From contig MU058584.1 in the NCBI GenBank assembly GCA_013265495.1, positions 5,152,508-5,216,507 of the forward strand: a stretch of DNA of 64,000 bases, read 5' to 3'. A model generated the notes under the pieces. The model had not been told where the DNA came from and ran no database searches. It saw nothing but the letters and a program-made list of their open reading frames with translations. A program made the position numbers and the translations under genes. Positions within the stretch are counted from its first letter, which is position 1. Each line of letters opens with the position of its first letter. Source of the stretch: Vicugna vicugna. Taxonomy: Eukaryota. This document shows positions 1 through 12,720 of this stretch, one piece after another.

Positions 1-99
1 GCATCCTTATACGCATGGAGTCTGCACAGAAATACCTTGATTTGTTCAAAATGCATTTCATTAAGTTATCAGGCATAGAAATCTCCTCGAATCTTAAAG

Positions 100-385
100 G
101 TGGCTGCCCAGTTATGAACCATACTTCCCAACTCCTCCTCCCCCTTTCACCTACGTGGCTCCCAGTGACTAGCTCATATCCACGGAATATGAGCAGGAAT
201 GAGGTGTGTTATCTCTAGGCCAAAGAGGTTAAAAAGCAGCTTCTCCATCCTTTGTTCTCCTCCACCTGCCTGTTGGAGGCTGATGAGTAACTTTAATGTG
301 AATTAGAGGCAAACTTTTATGGTAATAAGCCACTGGTAATTTTTAGCTTGTTGGTTACAGCAGCTGGTATCAGAGTAACCACCAC
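100..385 (+). mobile_element. Old MaLR/ERVL-type LTR fragment (MLT1-like)
   Basis: Ends in the typical MLT1 3' motif aagccactgg...ttggttacagcagc; family from recall of the consensus. Confidence 0.55.
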
Positions 386-1289
386 TTCCGTGCTGATTAG
401 GCAAAACCAAAGCACAGACCCGGCAAAGGGCAGCGTCTTTTCAGAGGAAGGAATGCTTTTTTGCTTTTCACAAAGTCTCTTCTGCTAGCCAAGCTGCACA
501 ACTGTGGGCTGCATCCCCTCAAGAATGAGAGAGTTTGCCACGTTGCACAAAGGCGATAAATAGGTCTAGTGCTGGCCCCACAGGAATTAATCATCAGTGA
601 TTCTCCGTGAATGAGGAAGCTCAGTAGTATGGACAATAAACCTGCATTAAGTCCCTGCCCTTTGGACATATTATCCATAGATACAAGAAACTGGATAGCT
701 TAGAACAGTCCTGTGCAATGTTCAAGAAGTGAATTCAATCAATAGAATAGTCAGTGATTTTTGAAAAATGGCTTAAAATCTTGGCTCTCAGTGTGAGAAA
801 GTGAGGTCCCCTTCCTTGTTTAAAAGCTAACTCTCTGATGAAACACATGAGGGACAGGAAATGAATCTGGTCACAATCCAAAAGCTAAATTTTCCAGCCT
901 TGATATAATTCTTCCAGGAAAAGTACAATGCCGTGGGGAAATAGGGAATGGCTAGACAGAGAATTCAATTAGCCCTTTGCAAACTGAGTTTGCTTACACA
1001 TTTTAAGATAAAAATTATCCTTAATGTGTCCTTTCCTCTCCTATCCAAATACATGGTTTGCTGGGTACATTTGTGCCAAGACACATTTTCATATGGTCCT
1101 TCATTTAGTTGTGAATCAACATCTTGGATGCTCAGTGGATACTTAGCAATCATTGTAACTTAGGAGAACAGAAGGAAGAACTAAACAGGAGGAGAATGAG
1201 GCAATGATTTTAGGTCCACTTATCCAAGGTTATCTTGAACACCCTGCCTGAGAGTACAGATGTATGGATCCTTGGATCTAAACTCCAGG

Positions 1290-1425
1290 GACTGAGTTCC
1301 CCATCACTGAAAGCATCCAAGCAGGCTGGAGGGGGGGGTCCCTTTTTCAGAATTAATACTATTTAGGGTAGGAAGCTAGAAGAGATGATTGGTAAGGCCT
1401 CTTACAAACCTAAGACTCAATGACA
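1290..1425 (+). mobile_element. CR1/L3 (or MIR3) 3' end
   Basis: ccccatcactgaaagcatccaagcaggctgga...taaggcctcttacaaacctaagactcaatga resembles the CR1/L3 tail. Confidence 0.55.
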
Positions 1426-2449
1426 ATGAAATGGCCGCCAAAATGCCCTTTATATCTGGAGGCCCAAATGGGCAGCCCATTTTTCTGAGCTCTGAGAAGT
1501 AAACCCACAGGAAGATGGTGACTGCCATATGGTATGGAGGATGGCAGAGCTCCTATTTAATATAGAATTTGCCTCCTATAGAGGCACACAAAGTTCTTTG
1601 ATTTAAAGCAGTAATTACTTCCTTGGCTTGCCCACATTAGGTTGTCAGGCTTGGAGCTCTGTTGCTGCTGTGCCCTCATCAGAATCAAATTACTAAAAAG
1701 GTCAGCGTCATTAATATGTGGTTTGCAAAGACTGAAAATGCCAGACGGAAAGTCTGTGAGCATCCAGAGCCTTGAGTCAACAGCTTGGCCCTTGTTTGTT
1801 TATTTTACTGTTATTATTATTTGCTCCAAGTTTTACAGCTCAAGATCATAAGCCTAAAACCACCTGTAGAAACTTACAAGTCATAATGGTCACCTAACCA
1901 CCTTAGATGTTTTATCTAACCTGGTGGAACAAACTCCCTGAGTCTCTTCCCAGCCAGATGGAAACTCCTTGATGGTAGAGGCCCCGCTTCTTTGAATTTC
2001 ACACAGCAGTTACCTCGGGACATTCATACATCTCTGAGCACGGATTAATTTACTAGTTTAAAACTTACTCACAAGTGGAAATACAGTATTAAGTAAGAGC
2101 CCACTGAAGACGTTCTGGGACTCAAGATAAAGACTTCAAGGAGAAGGCCAGTAACCTGAGTCCTGGTCCCAGCTGTAGCACTGACACTTTGTATAACTGC
2201 AGAGCAGCCACTTTACCTAGAAATCACTAGTTTTTCTGTCTTGTAGGATGGAAATTGCTTTCTCTTTGATGTAACTTGAGAGAAAACTGTATTATGTGAT
2301 TGGTTCATAATTGATGTTCAGGATTTTTTTTTCCTTCATATAATGAGACCTATTAAAATATGTATGACATCAGTTCTTAGTTAGATATTAAGTTATTTCA
2401 GAACAATAGGTAAATGATGATGCTTAAAATTGCTGAAAACCATGGCTTA

Positions 2450-2640
2450 CACATTAAAAGACCGGAATTGTGGTCTCCTGTAACTCTGTGCTACTAGCTT
2501 GGACAAGTTGTGTCTGCTTAGTTGCTTGCTTACTTGTTTGTTTTTACTTCTCTAGGTCTCAGTTTCCTTATTTTAAAATGAGAGTAACAGACTAGGAGAT
2601 TTCCAAAGTCTCTTTCAGCTTTAAAATTCTGTGATCATAA
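2450..2640 (+). mobile_element. MIR/MIR3 SINE fragment
   Basis: Core motif tctcagtttccttattttaaaatgag followed by a MIR3-like tail. Confidence 0.6.
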
Positions 2641-3175
2641 AGGAGATTGTGTATATGCACCAGCATGTGTATGGCATATTTTGACTGCCAACTTGTCATG
2701 GTGAACAAAATTCCTACTATTTGAACCACTGCTTACGACCATGAGTTTTAGATGGGCCCCATGCTGCCACCTTTAAATATATAACACCAGAGAAAAGCAA
2801 CTCATTACAACATAACTTTTGGCCATATGTTTAACAAGCAAATTAGCCACAGATTAGCAGACAGTGGGTTCTTCAAGAATGGAGACCCAAGAATGGTCTA
2901 TATTAACATATTATGTTCCAGAACCTAAGTGTTGTGTGGGGAAGGAAAGCAAATGACAAACTCCTTGCTTCAATTTTGCCTAGAGTGGCCTCGGTTCTCA
3001 ACTTACTTTGAAAATGCAAAAAAGACATTAGTTATCATAAACATTATTCCTTTGGAACAGAGAAGACAAGACTGAATAACATTTTATGATAAAGAAACTT
3101 AACTACTTAGAAATAATTACTAGTAATTAAAATAGAAATGTAGTTACTAATATAACTGTATTAGTACAATAATGT

Positions 3176-3840
3176 ACCCTCATACTCTGTTGGTAGGAAT
3201 GTAAATTCGTGCAGCCACTGTGAAAAACAGTATGGAGGTTTCTCAAAAAACTAAATGTAGAACCACTATATGACCCAACAATTCCACTCCTGGGTATATA
3301 TATCCAAAAAAATTAAGACACTAATTTGAAAAAATACATGCACTTCAATGTTCATAGCAGCATTATTTACAATTGCCAAGATGGATACCTAAGTGTCCAT
3401 CTACAGATGACTAGATAAAGAAGATGTGGTACACACACACACACACAAAAAAATATACAGTGGAGTACTACTCAGCCATGAAAAATGAAATTTTACCATT
3501 TGCAACAGCATGGATGGACTTGGAGGGCATTATGCTAAGTGAAATAAGTCAGAGAAAGTTGTATGATATCACTTACATGTGGAATCTAAAAAATATAACA
3601 CACTAGCAAATATAACAAAAGAAGAAGCAGACCCACTGATATGGAGAAAAAAGTAGTGGTTACCAGTGGGGAAAGGGAAGGGATGGAGGGGAGGCGGGGG
3701 GAATGGGAGGTACAAACTATTGGGTGTAAGACAGGCTACAAGGATGTATTTTACAACATGGGGAATATAGACAGTATTTTTTAATAACAGTAAATGGACC
3801 GTAGCCTTTAAAAACTGTATTTAAAAAACAAACAAAAAAC
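3176..3840 (+). mobile_element. 5'-truncated L1 (ORF2 C-terminus + 3' UTR + A-rich tail)
   Basis: ORF 3424-3606 gives EYYSAMKNEILPFATAWMDLEGIMLSEISQ, the L1 ORF2 C-terminal motif; A-rich tail at about 3820-3840. Confidence 0.92.
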
Positions 3841-5164
3841 TATCCATTGATATGACAGGATCACAAAAACTCTTACATAAAATTAAAATATTTTCTAAAA
3901 TGTTCTATGATTAAAAATAAACTTTACTACATATAAATAATTACTAGTAATTAAAATCATAAATATAATTACTAATATAAGTTAGTAACAAAGCAGAGAA
4001 GGAGAGAACAAAGTCAAGAAAAGTTACTATAAAGGGACCAAAGCAGAGAACTCCATCTCCTTTCATATACGTTTACTAAAATGTTGGACTCTTTCCCAGA
4101 AATTTTGCATTAGCCTACCTGTTTCTCAAGATCTATATAAGAAACCATTTCTTCCATAAAACCATTGATCTTCTCAACAAGATATACTCTTTCCTGTATT
4201 CAATTAGATGAGACTTTATGGAAGGCTTACTCTAAACCAGGCCCTGAGCTCCATACTGTAAGAACTGGGCACGTTCCTAATTACCCCATTTTCTGAAACT
4301 TCACAGCATTTGGTTCATACTAATACTTCAGGTTTTCTTTATACTTAAGGCATATATTAGGTTTTAACTTGATTAGGGTATACTTGTTTTCCTGGCATAA
4401 TCCTTCGGACATAACAGATGTTCAATAAACATTCAGAGAATCATAATAGAGGCAATAATCTCTCCCAGTTGTAAATCATTCACTAATGAGAATAAATACT
4501 ATTCTCTCTAATTGAACAAGAACATAAAATCTGATCTGTCAAAATTCAGTTACGTTAAGACTTGAGGGTAATCTTTGCTGCAAGCATCTCTATTACCAGT
4601 ACAAATAAATACTTAGATCTCTTAAAAAACATACTTAGGTTAATTCAGGCAAAATAGCATTCTAGGCTCACAAACTAATCTTCTAGCATTAGTCACACAT
4701 CTGCCCCGTGTATCATGTATTCTCAAGACAGCTGAGGATCAGAGAGACACAGAAAACGACCCTGTAAATTTCCAGCCTTGCGTGAGTATAATAAAAACCC
4801 TCTAGAAGTAACCCTCACACATCAAATACAAATTCTGCAAGGCTTGGGCAAAAGTCAGGGGGTTACCGAAACTGGCTTTCTGTGCGCAGACTTGGGGAAG
4901 TGGGAGATTTAAGATTAGAGGAACTGGTCAGGAATTTCTCTAAACTATGACACATAAGTGAGTCCTGGGTTAGGTCTTTGGGTGATTCTTCACTGAGAGC
5001 AGATTCCTACTCATTGAGCTCTAGACAGTGACTGTGCCTAGCAGAGAAACAGAGGTTCCAAGCACAGGGAGTGATGTGGGAGGGGTTCGGAGGGCTCTTT
5101 ACCGAAATATGAACAAATAGCTGAGTGTTAACTCTTTGAAAGCGTTTCACTAACAAAAGCATTT

Positions 5165-5410
5165 TACCCTACTTGCAAGCTAAAATTAGCCTGCCTGCCA
5201 CATTTTCATGGATGCAAGAATATCGACTTCTTCTCGCATGGAGTCATCCTGTGGGAATCAAGATTTGGGATATCCGGTGACAATGACAGTTTCAATGGAC
5301 TGCATTACAGGAGAGGAGCCCTGAGCTTAGGGAACTTGAATCTTTTCTAATGTGCAGTAAGCTTTTCCGACCTTTCCCTCAGAGGGAGACACTATTTCCA
5401 TTTTCCAAGG
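5165..5410. mobile_element. ERVL-type LTR fragment (MER74/MER88/LTR53-like, subfamily uncertain)
   Basis: ttaccctacttgcaagcta...ccctgagcttaggg...agagggagacacta resembles an old ERVL LTR consensus as I recall it. Confidence 0.45.
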
Positions 5411-5508
5411 TATTTACTATATAAATGTACTGGAAAAGGTAGTGAAAGACTCGTGTAGAAATATCTTCCAACATGTGGATCTTATATTCGAGTGACAAAG
5501 ACAAATAT

Positions 5509-5536
5509 ATGAATGAATGAATGAATGAATGAATGA
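5509..5536 (+). repeat. (GAAT)n microsatellite, L2 3' tail
   Basis: Direct tetranucleotide repeat; (TGAA)n is the L2 terminal repeat. Confidence 0.85.
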
Positions 5537-5589
5537 AGAACTAGTAATTGGTAATACAGAACTAAAAATCAGAGTATGGCCATGAAGAT

Positions 5590-5900
5590 TGATAAGGAAG
5601 GCTATTTTTAGCATCCTTGTTAGGAAAGGCTTTTAGGAGGAGAGAACACTGAGCAGAGACATGAACAAACTGAAGGATAGAGCCATGCAAATATCTGGCC
5701 CACGAGCATTCTAGAATGAAAGGACGCTCAGCGTTAAGGCCAAATGCAGGAGGAGAACGCTCGGTGTATTTGGGGAACAGCAAGAAGCCCAGCATGGAGT
5801 GAACAAAAGGCTGAGTGGTCGGAAATGAGGTTGGAGAGTGAGCCAGGAACCAAACTGTATCCTAGTATGCCAAGGGAAGAATTTTCTTTAGCTTTTAAAT
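5590..5900 (-). mobile_element. L2 fragment
   Basis: ctgagcagagacatgaa...gagccatgcaaatatctgg...ggaacagcaagaagccc is the typical antisense L2 3' region. Confidence 0.7.
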
Positions 5901-7229
5901 TTGACAGTTTGCTGTTTGGCAAATACAAATGAATGCTTTTCCTTCCTTTCCCTGAATTGAACGGTCGTAAAAAGGCTATAGAATGGACAGTGACTGAGAA
6001 ATCTTCATCCTAAACTGTGGCTAGTCATGGAAGGATCAGAACGTCAAGAAGGAAGACAAAGAGTGGCAGCAGCAAAGATAAGAGGCAATGGACCAGATCC
6101 CTGGGGTCTGAAGAGGGAAGGCACGGGTGGCGTGAATAGGTTTTAAGTGTCTAAACAGCGGGAGGCCCCAGGTTCCTCAGGAGGAACACACAACCCAGAT
6201 ACGGCACAGCTCCTGCTTCTCCTCTCTCTCCACTCACACAGTCCCTCTAGCTCTAGCTGGCTCCCTCCCTGTCTCTCCCCCAGTTTCCCTACATACATGT
6301 TTCTCTTCCCATCTTGTTCTGTTTCATCTCCTTTACACTCTTCTTGTCTTGATCTCCCCTTCTTACAGTTCCCACTTCTCAGATCTCTCATCTTACTGTC
6401 CCTTTGCCCCATTGTCAGCACATGAAAGCCTCTCTCCTCTTCCTCCTTTGGGGGTTCTCCCTGAATTTTGAAGCCCTGTGTTTCCTTTTTCTCTGGAACC
6501 CCCATGTCTGGTCCATTTCTCACCAGTTAGAGAGACAGTGGGAAAGAGGAAGACACTTCCTTCCTCCACCTTTTCAAATAGGGGTAGTGTCCTTTCTTCC
6601 CCAGGCTGGGGTCAGAGCATAGTGCCCATGGGATGAAGAAAGGAAGGGAAGAAGCAATTCCACCCCAGCAACATTACAGAGGAAAAGGCCATTGCCCCAG
6701 TCCCCATGGTAAGAGCCATGCCAGCAATTACACAGTGCCTGGTACATGGCAGGTAATTCACAAATGTTTGTGAAACCAATGAATATGCTATTATAATCAT
6801 CATCATAGTTATCTTGGAGAATTTGGCATGAACTTTTAGATCTAAACTAGGCAGCATCTCAAAGCTATTTTTCTCTTTTATGGGTTGAAGGAGAAAACTT
6901 GTTTTGTTTGTTTTTTACAAACAATGATTGCCATGGTAGCATTGAAACTGGTTTCTGTGTTCTTACCACAAAACCACAGAATCTGTGACAGACAAGATAT
7001 AAACAGCATAATCTCAGATGGTATTTCTAGAGAAAAACAACCAAGTTAAGCGTTGGGAGATGCAAAACAAGTGGCAAGTCAGTTTACATCTCCAAAAGTT
7101 GGCTGCAGTGAATTCTCATTTTCCTCTGACTTCCATTATAATCTTAAAACTCACATTCCCACACACTCCTCCCTTCCAGCTAGTGTCATCACTTGTCATG
7201 AGCCCATCACTGGGACTGGTGAACTGCGG

Positions 7230-7680
7230 TCAGATTTATTCCTTCATTCATCAAACACCTCCTGAGGAACTTCTGTGTGCCAGCGACTGGGCTGGGTGCT
7301 GGCACACAGACTGCTGCACGCTGGCAGAGAGCAAAGTCTAGTGAGGAGACCACTGTGGACAGATCAGCACAGTCTGCTGTTGCAGGCCTGTGATGCGGAT
7401 ACTTGTAGGGTGCAATGAGGGCCCAGAGGAGGGGGGACCGGTTGCCACAAAGGTAGGGGTTAGGGTAAGGAAGAGAGTCAGAAAGGCTTCCACGTGGTAT
7501 GCAACACTTTTGTGAGCTGTATCTCAAGTGAGGGTTGTTTTCTAGGTGGACACGTGCAAAGGCACAGAGACAGGCAAGAAAGCCTGGTCAGGGAGTGTCA
7601 AGCAATCCATTATGGCATGAGCAGAGGATGCAAGGGAAGAGAGTGGGGAGATGGGCCCAGCAAGAGATGAGGCTGTAGAC
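7230..7680 (-). mobile_element. L2 fragment
   Basis: Begins ttcattcatcaaacacctcctgag...tgtgtgccag, the antisense L2 3' end. Confidence 0.65.
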
Positions 7681-7755
7681 TTAATCGGGTGGGGGAATCA
7701 CTTTTGCAAATGTCCATGGAGGAACTGTGTAAGCTGTATTTCTGGAAAAACTTAC

Positions 7756-7816
7756 CAAGTATATTCCGTCTTTCCTATTTGGTTCCATTGAACTTTTGAA
7801 GAGTGAGTCAACATCT
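7756..7816 (-). other. Candidate internal exon (61 nt) of the minus-strand transcript
   Basis: Strong donor TTG|GTAAGT; acceptor ttgttccgacag is only moderate; open in two of three frames. Confidence 0.3.
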
Positions 7817-8399
7817 CTGTCGGAACAATGCATATATATATGTGTACATATATAGATACATAGACATATGCACACATGTGTATATAAACCTGTCCACAGC
7901 TCGACTCTACCCAGACATTGTAAGAAGTCAGTAGATAGTTGGTTTTGCTTCAGAAAACACATTCCAACATAAGGATTTTATATTTTATATAAATATCTTA
8001 ATATAAAATATTTCATATCTTTCGATCGCTAAGATCTTTTTCATTATGAAAGTTAACATACTTTTTAATGAGAGGCAGTTATAAAAAGCAGAAAATAAAA
8101 CAAAAGTAGAAAGAGAGAAATAAATATGTTCATATTTCCCAGATAGTTATTATTATTTTATTTTCTTCCACGCTTTTTTCCTATGCATAAGTTTTGTGTG
8201 TTTATTTGCTAATCTAACTATGAGTATGAATGATTTTTAGACTGCAGAGGAGGAAATGGTTTAATGGGATTTCGCTTCAAGTAGATGGTCATAAAGGTCA
8301 CCAAACAATATCTATGGATTTTCTGTTTTGTGTCAGGCACTGTGTGCTAAGCGCTGTAATAGAGCCGCAAGCACCACAGGCACAGCGCCTCCCAGGCAG

Positions 8400-8413
8400 G
8401 TTACCATGGAGAC
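8400..8413 (-). promoter_or_regulatory. RFX X-box motif
   Basis: Minus strand GTCTCCATGGTAAC matches the X-box consensus GTYNCCATGGYAAC. Confidence 0.5.
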
Positions 8414-10287
8414 AAGAGGGCCTGGAAATAAAAGGGACGTCATGGGGAGAGAAGCAAAGACTGAGCGAACTTTGGGCTCTCTTAGCAACCACTCTCCCAC
8501 TCTCCCCACCACCACTCACTCTGCCCCCGTCTCTTCAGTCATGCAGTCCCTGAGTGCGCCCATTAGGAGGGTCTTTGAGCTCTTGTAGGCCAAGTAACAG
8601 TGCTTGTTGGCTGAAACAAACAGGACATATTTAGGGCTGGGTTTTTTCCCCCCCTGGTGTCTGGACTGTTACTGACTTCTTTAAGCTACCGTTCCTCTGG
8701 CAGCCAATGCTGCACCCCCCCCCCCAACCAACCCCACTGCCGCCATGGCAGACCAAAGAACAGGAAACCGGAGGTGATCCTGCCAAAGCCCTCAACCCCA
8801 GCAGGCTTCTTCCTTCCTGCCACAGGGGTGATAAGATACAAGGCCAAAGGGAGGCAGCCCTGTTGGCTGAACGCACCATGTGTCATCCCTGTCTTAGAAA
8901 AACAAGGCCATCACTCCTCCTTCCCACCAAAACAGCCAGGCACCCCAGCACGGGAAACAAAGGAGCAAGCTGGGCACCATGAGAGTTACTTCTGCTGTCG
9001 GGAGATCCAGCATCACATGTATACAGAGTTGGTGGTTTCTAGTCCCCCACTGCCAGCCACAAACGTTTCCTCCCTCAGGCAGCACGACATCTCAGATCGC
9101 ACCTTTAGAAAGTCATCTCTTCCGTTTAAGCTTCTCTTAATCCCACAAGAAAACGGACTAAACATTAGCTACATGAAATCCCCTCAAACAATTATTAGTT
9201 ACTGATCACATCAGGTGACATATGCCAGATTCCACTGCAACCCGATAAGTATCATTATGAGACACTGGCTGCTCCGTGTTAATGGATAATTCAGGTTCTG
9301 GCCCCGGCAGCCCTGGGTGAGTTCTAACAGTGGGGCCTCTGAGAAGCCAGAGACTGCAAGAGGCTGCAGGAATCCTGAGCGGTTTGAAGGAAAATATCAC
9401 AAAAGCAAATTTATTTACTTCCCTATTTCGCACCACACACATCTTGGTACATCAAGGTTATTCTCACAGTAACCAGTCATCCTATGAACTTTAGAATCCA
9501 TTCAGGCAATCACATTTCTCCATTAGCAAGACTAAATGTCTTTGAAGCCAGGAAATTCCTTTAACTCTGGTTAAACATTATATAATACAAGCCTGCTTTG
9601 AATGGGCAAGCCATAAACTGTGCAGCCAAGTATGGGGAGAAAGAACCTTGGCCTTGGAGCCACCATTTGTGAGTTCGAGTCATTTCTAGTGATTTGACCT
9701 TGAATAAGCACTGTTTCTCTGGATTTTAATACCGTTCAAAATTGTGCTTTGTTATAATTGCTTATATAAAATATTCCCTAGCTCCCTTTGCTACCAGGCC
9801 CAGGCAGACTAAGTTCACGCTTTCTTCTGTGGTCTTCCTGTCCTTTGTACAAATTTGTATGCTGCAGATGCAGCTAAGCTCATTAAGCTATGGTTCCTTC
9901 AGGACTCATAGCTTTGACTGCCCATGGCCTGCCCGGTCTCTGGTTCATAAATGATCACAGTATTTACCTATCTGAACCACAAAACAGAGCCATAATGAAC
10001 ACTCCTCAAAGGCTCCTAGGAGGCTCAGAGAGGACAGTACTCAAGCCAGGGCTTCATAAACCATAAAGCTCTGGGTGATTCGAAGATGTGGTCATTATTT
10101 GCAGGGCAATATTACTTCTCAGGGTAGCACCATTCATGAAAAGCAAGAAACCAAAGGAAAGGAAATGAGAAGCAGTCCACAGTGATTAACTCTGGAGGCC
10201 CAACTGAGAGGCAAGAGGTGGAATGGAGGGGAGAGCATGAGACTTTACATTCTTGCTTTATGTCAATTTCTTAGATTAGAAGTATGA

Positions 10288-10425
10288 GGGGGAGGGTACA
10301 GCTCAGTGGTAGAGTGTGTGCTTAGCATGCATGAGGTCCTGGGTTCAATCTCCTGTGCCTCCGTTAAGACAAAAATAAATAAAAATAAATAAACTTAATT
10401 ACTTCCCCCCTCCAAATTTTTTTTA
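10288..10425 (+). mobile_element. tRNA-Ala-derived camelid SINE (Vic-1 type)
   Basis: GGGGAGGGTACAGCTCAGTGGTAGAG (A box)...CTTAGCATG (AGC anticodon loop)...GGTTCAATC (B box), then an A-rich tail and a C-rich end. Confidence 0.85.
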
Positions 10426-10609
10426 AGTGAATGATTTTTATACTATGTCTTACCGTTTTTTTTCAAATCAAAAAAATAAGTACATGCAATATCAGGCAGC
10501 TCCTTCAGCGTTTACCTGGGGGCCCAGGGACATATGTCAAATGTTAACTGAAACCAAAGCTTGCCTTGCTATTTACTACATTTTTACTGACAAGGATAAT
10601 CCTCTTCTC

Positions 10610-10815
10610 ATTCTTACACTGCACTTTAAGCTTTCTGAGATGTTGTTTATTATTTACTTTATTCTCACAGCAACCTTGATGTCATTAGGGTAATTGCTCT
10701 TAATTGCATTTAATGAGTAGAAAAACTGAGACCAGAGAGATTAAATCAATTGCCCAAGATTCCAAATACAGCGGACAAGTCAAAACTAGAATTCAAGAGA
10801 CCCAACTCAAGCCCT
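10610..10815 (-). mobile_element. MIR SINE
   Basis: attctcacagcaacc...gaaaaactgagaccagagagattaaatcaattgcccaag, antisense MIR core. Confidence 0.75.
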
Positions 10816-10981
10816 CTGCAGCAAGTGAAATCCTTGGAACAGCCCCCAGAGACAATATTCTGTACCCTCTGTCCCTGGCGGAGACCTGGGCTCCTAGGAA
10901 AGCTGTCACCTACAGACAGATGACTTCTGATACCTTATTTACTGCTACACATCGTGTCATTCACTGAGTTCTTCCCATGCG

Positions 10982-11222
10982 AGGTTGAGAGAACATTGAA
11001 TTTGGAATCAGACAGCTTACTGGCTTGAATCTGGGCCCTGACATTAAAGAGCTGTGTGACCTTGAGCAAAGTCACTTAACCTTTCTGAAAGTCAGGATCC
11101 TTACCAAGTGGGAATGACACCACACCTTACTCTTAGGGATCCATCCTGTGAGCATCTAATGAGACAGTGAAGGTGAAACTGCTTTGTGAACTGTAAGACA
11201 CTTGGTAAATGTCAGGTATGTT
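10982..11222 (+). mobile_element. MIR SINE
   Basis: tttggaatcagacag...gctgtgtgaccttgagcaaagtcacttaacctttctg, MIR core. Confidence 0.8.
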
Positions 11223-11999
11223 ACGTGCTTACAAGTCTCTGAGGGATACTTGGCAGAGGCACATATTCCTAAGGCCACTAAGAGGATGAGAAAATCTAGG
11301 AGGAAAATGATAAAATCATTCCCAAGAGGAGGAAAGAAATATTCCCACTCTATGAGCCACCTCAGTCTATGGTAATTAGATCCCAGTGTTCTTAAGTATC
11401 TACTTACTTTTCCCTCCAGGGACAGTGTTGTCTTCCCCTGCACATCACCCCAGTTGCAACAGTCATTTAATCAGCGCCACTTTCAGAGCAAATAAATTCT
11501 AGTATCTGGGTCCTTTGCCTGAAGCCGCACAGTAGGATAAAATGTATTGTAAATGCTTCTGTCCTTGGTCATTGAAAGGGAATCATAAAAATATTGAGCT
11601 TCCTATTAAGTTTGGTAAAATTCTTATTGCTGAAGAAGATAGGGACCTAACATCCTTCAGTGAGTTGGCTGAAAGTATGGATTAGTTGGAACATGAAATT
11701 CTGCTATATATATGGTGCCTCAAAATATCTCTAATAGTCCATGCCACATTATGCTCTAGATCTGGAAGTAAAGGAACAGAGAGAAATGTGTCATGAAAAG
11801 ATACAATTCAGTGGTCCATGTAGGAAATCTGACTAAAGAATCTATCACAGAAATGACACACTGCATGGAGTAACCAAACTAAACCCAGGTCTGGAGCAGG
11901 AATGGCTGGATGGGGGTGTGTTCATACCATTACATGTTTATGCAACGAAAGCCACATCTTGAACATGGCTCCCTTGTCCTCACCCTCAAACAGAGTTCC

Positions 12000-12720
12000 T
12001 AATGTTGATCTTATAATTTACAAAGCATCTGAAATAATTGTTTTGCTAGCTTGTCAGCAGACAGAAAATTTTGTTTCTTCCAGTCTGACCCTAATTCTTC
12101 CTATTTCATCTTCTTGCCTCTTTGTGTTGCCTGAGACGTCCAGTACAATGATGTTACGTAAAGACAGCAGTGGGTATCTCAGACACATTTCTGACTTCAA
12201 AGGAAAAGATTCTAAGGTTGTAAGTGTGGCGTTCACTGTGCACATTTCTTAGATTCTTTTAATTGAGTTAAAAAACTTACCTTTTTCTTATAGTTTGCGA
12301 AATATTGTACATAACCACCAACAGCAGTTGTTTTTTCAATCAAATGACTTCTCTGCATCCACTGAGCTTCTCAACTGATTTTTCTCCTTGAATCTGTTAA
12401 TGTGGTGAATTACATTGTAGATTTCTTAACATTACTATATCCCTGAATTTCTGGAATAAACACTCCTTGATCATGAGATATTTAAAAAATAATAAAATGG
12501 CTAGGTTCAGTTTCCTTCTATTTTATGAAATTTGCATTTATGTTTATAAATGAAGGCTTGCCCCTCTCAATGATCCTTTCTAGGACTGTTTTTGTCTTGT
12601 TTTGCCATCAAAATTAGGCTAGCTGTATGAATCAACTTGGGGAAAAAATACCTTGCTTCCTTTTCTCTGGAAAAAATGCTTATAGGATGAAGAGTATGTG
12701 TGAAATTCTTTATTTGATGG
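12000..12720 (-). mobile_element. Ancient L1 (L1M) ORF2 fragment
   Basis: tccagtacaatg...ctgacttcaaaggaaaag...ctggaataaacactccttgatcatg, antisense degenerate ORF2 reverse-transcriptase region. Confidence 0.7.

Noticed and set aside
6927..6940. Second X-box-like site ATTGCCATGGTAGC
   Set aside because: Mismatches in both outer half-sites; too degenerate to call.
8657..9205. Longest ORF in the track (182 aa)
   Set aside because: Non-ATG start, no recognisable domain, overlapping ORFs of similar quality on both strands; consistent with chance in GC-richer DNA.
10288..10365. tRNA-Ala(AGC)-like sequences here and at 38093 and 50654
   Set aside because: Altered acceptor stems, A-rich tails and a shared 3' structure identify them as tRNA-derived SINE copies, not tRNA genes.
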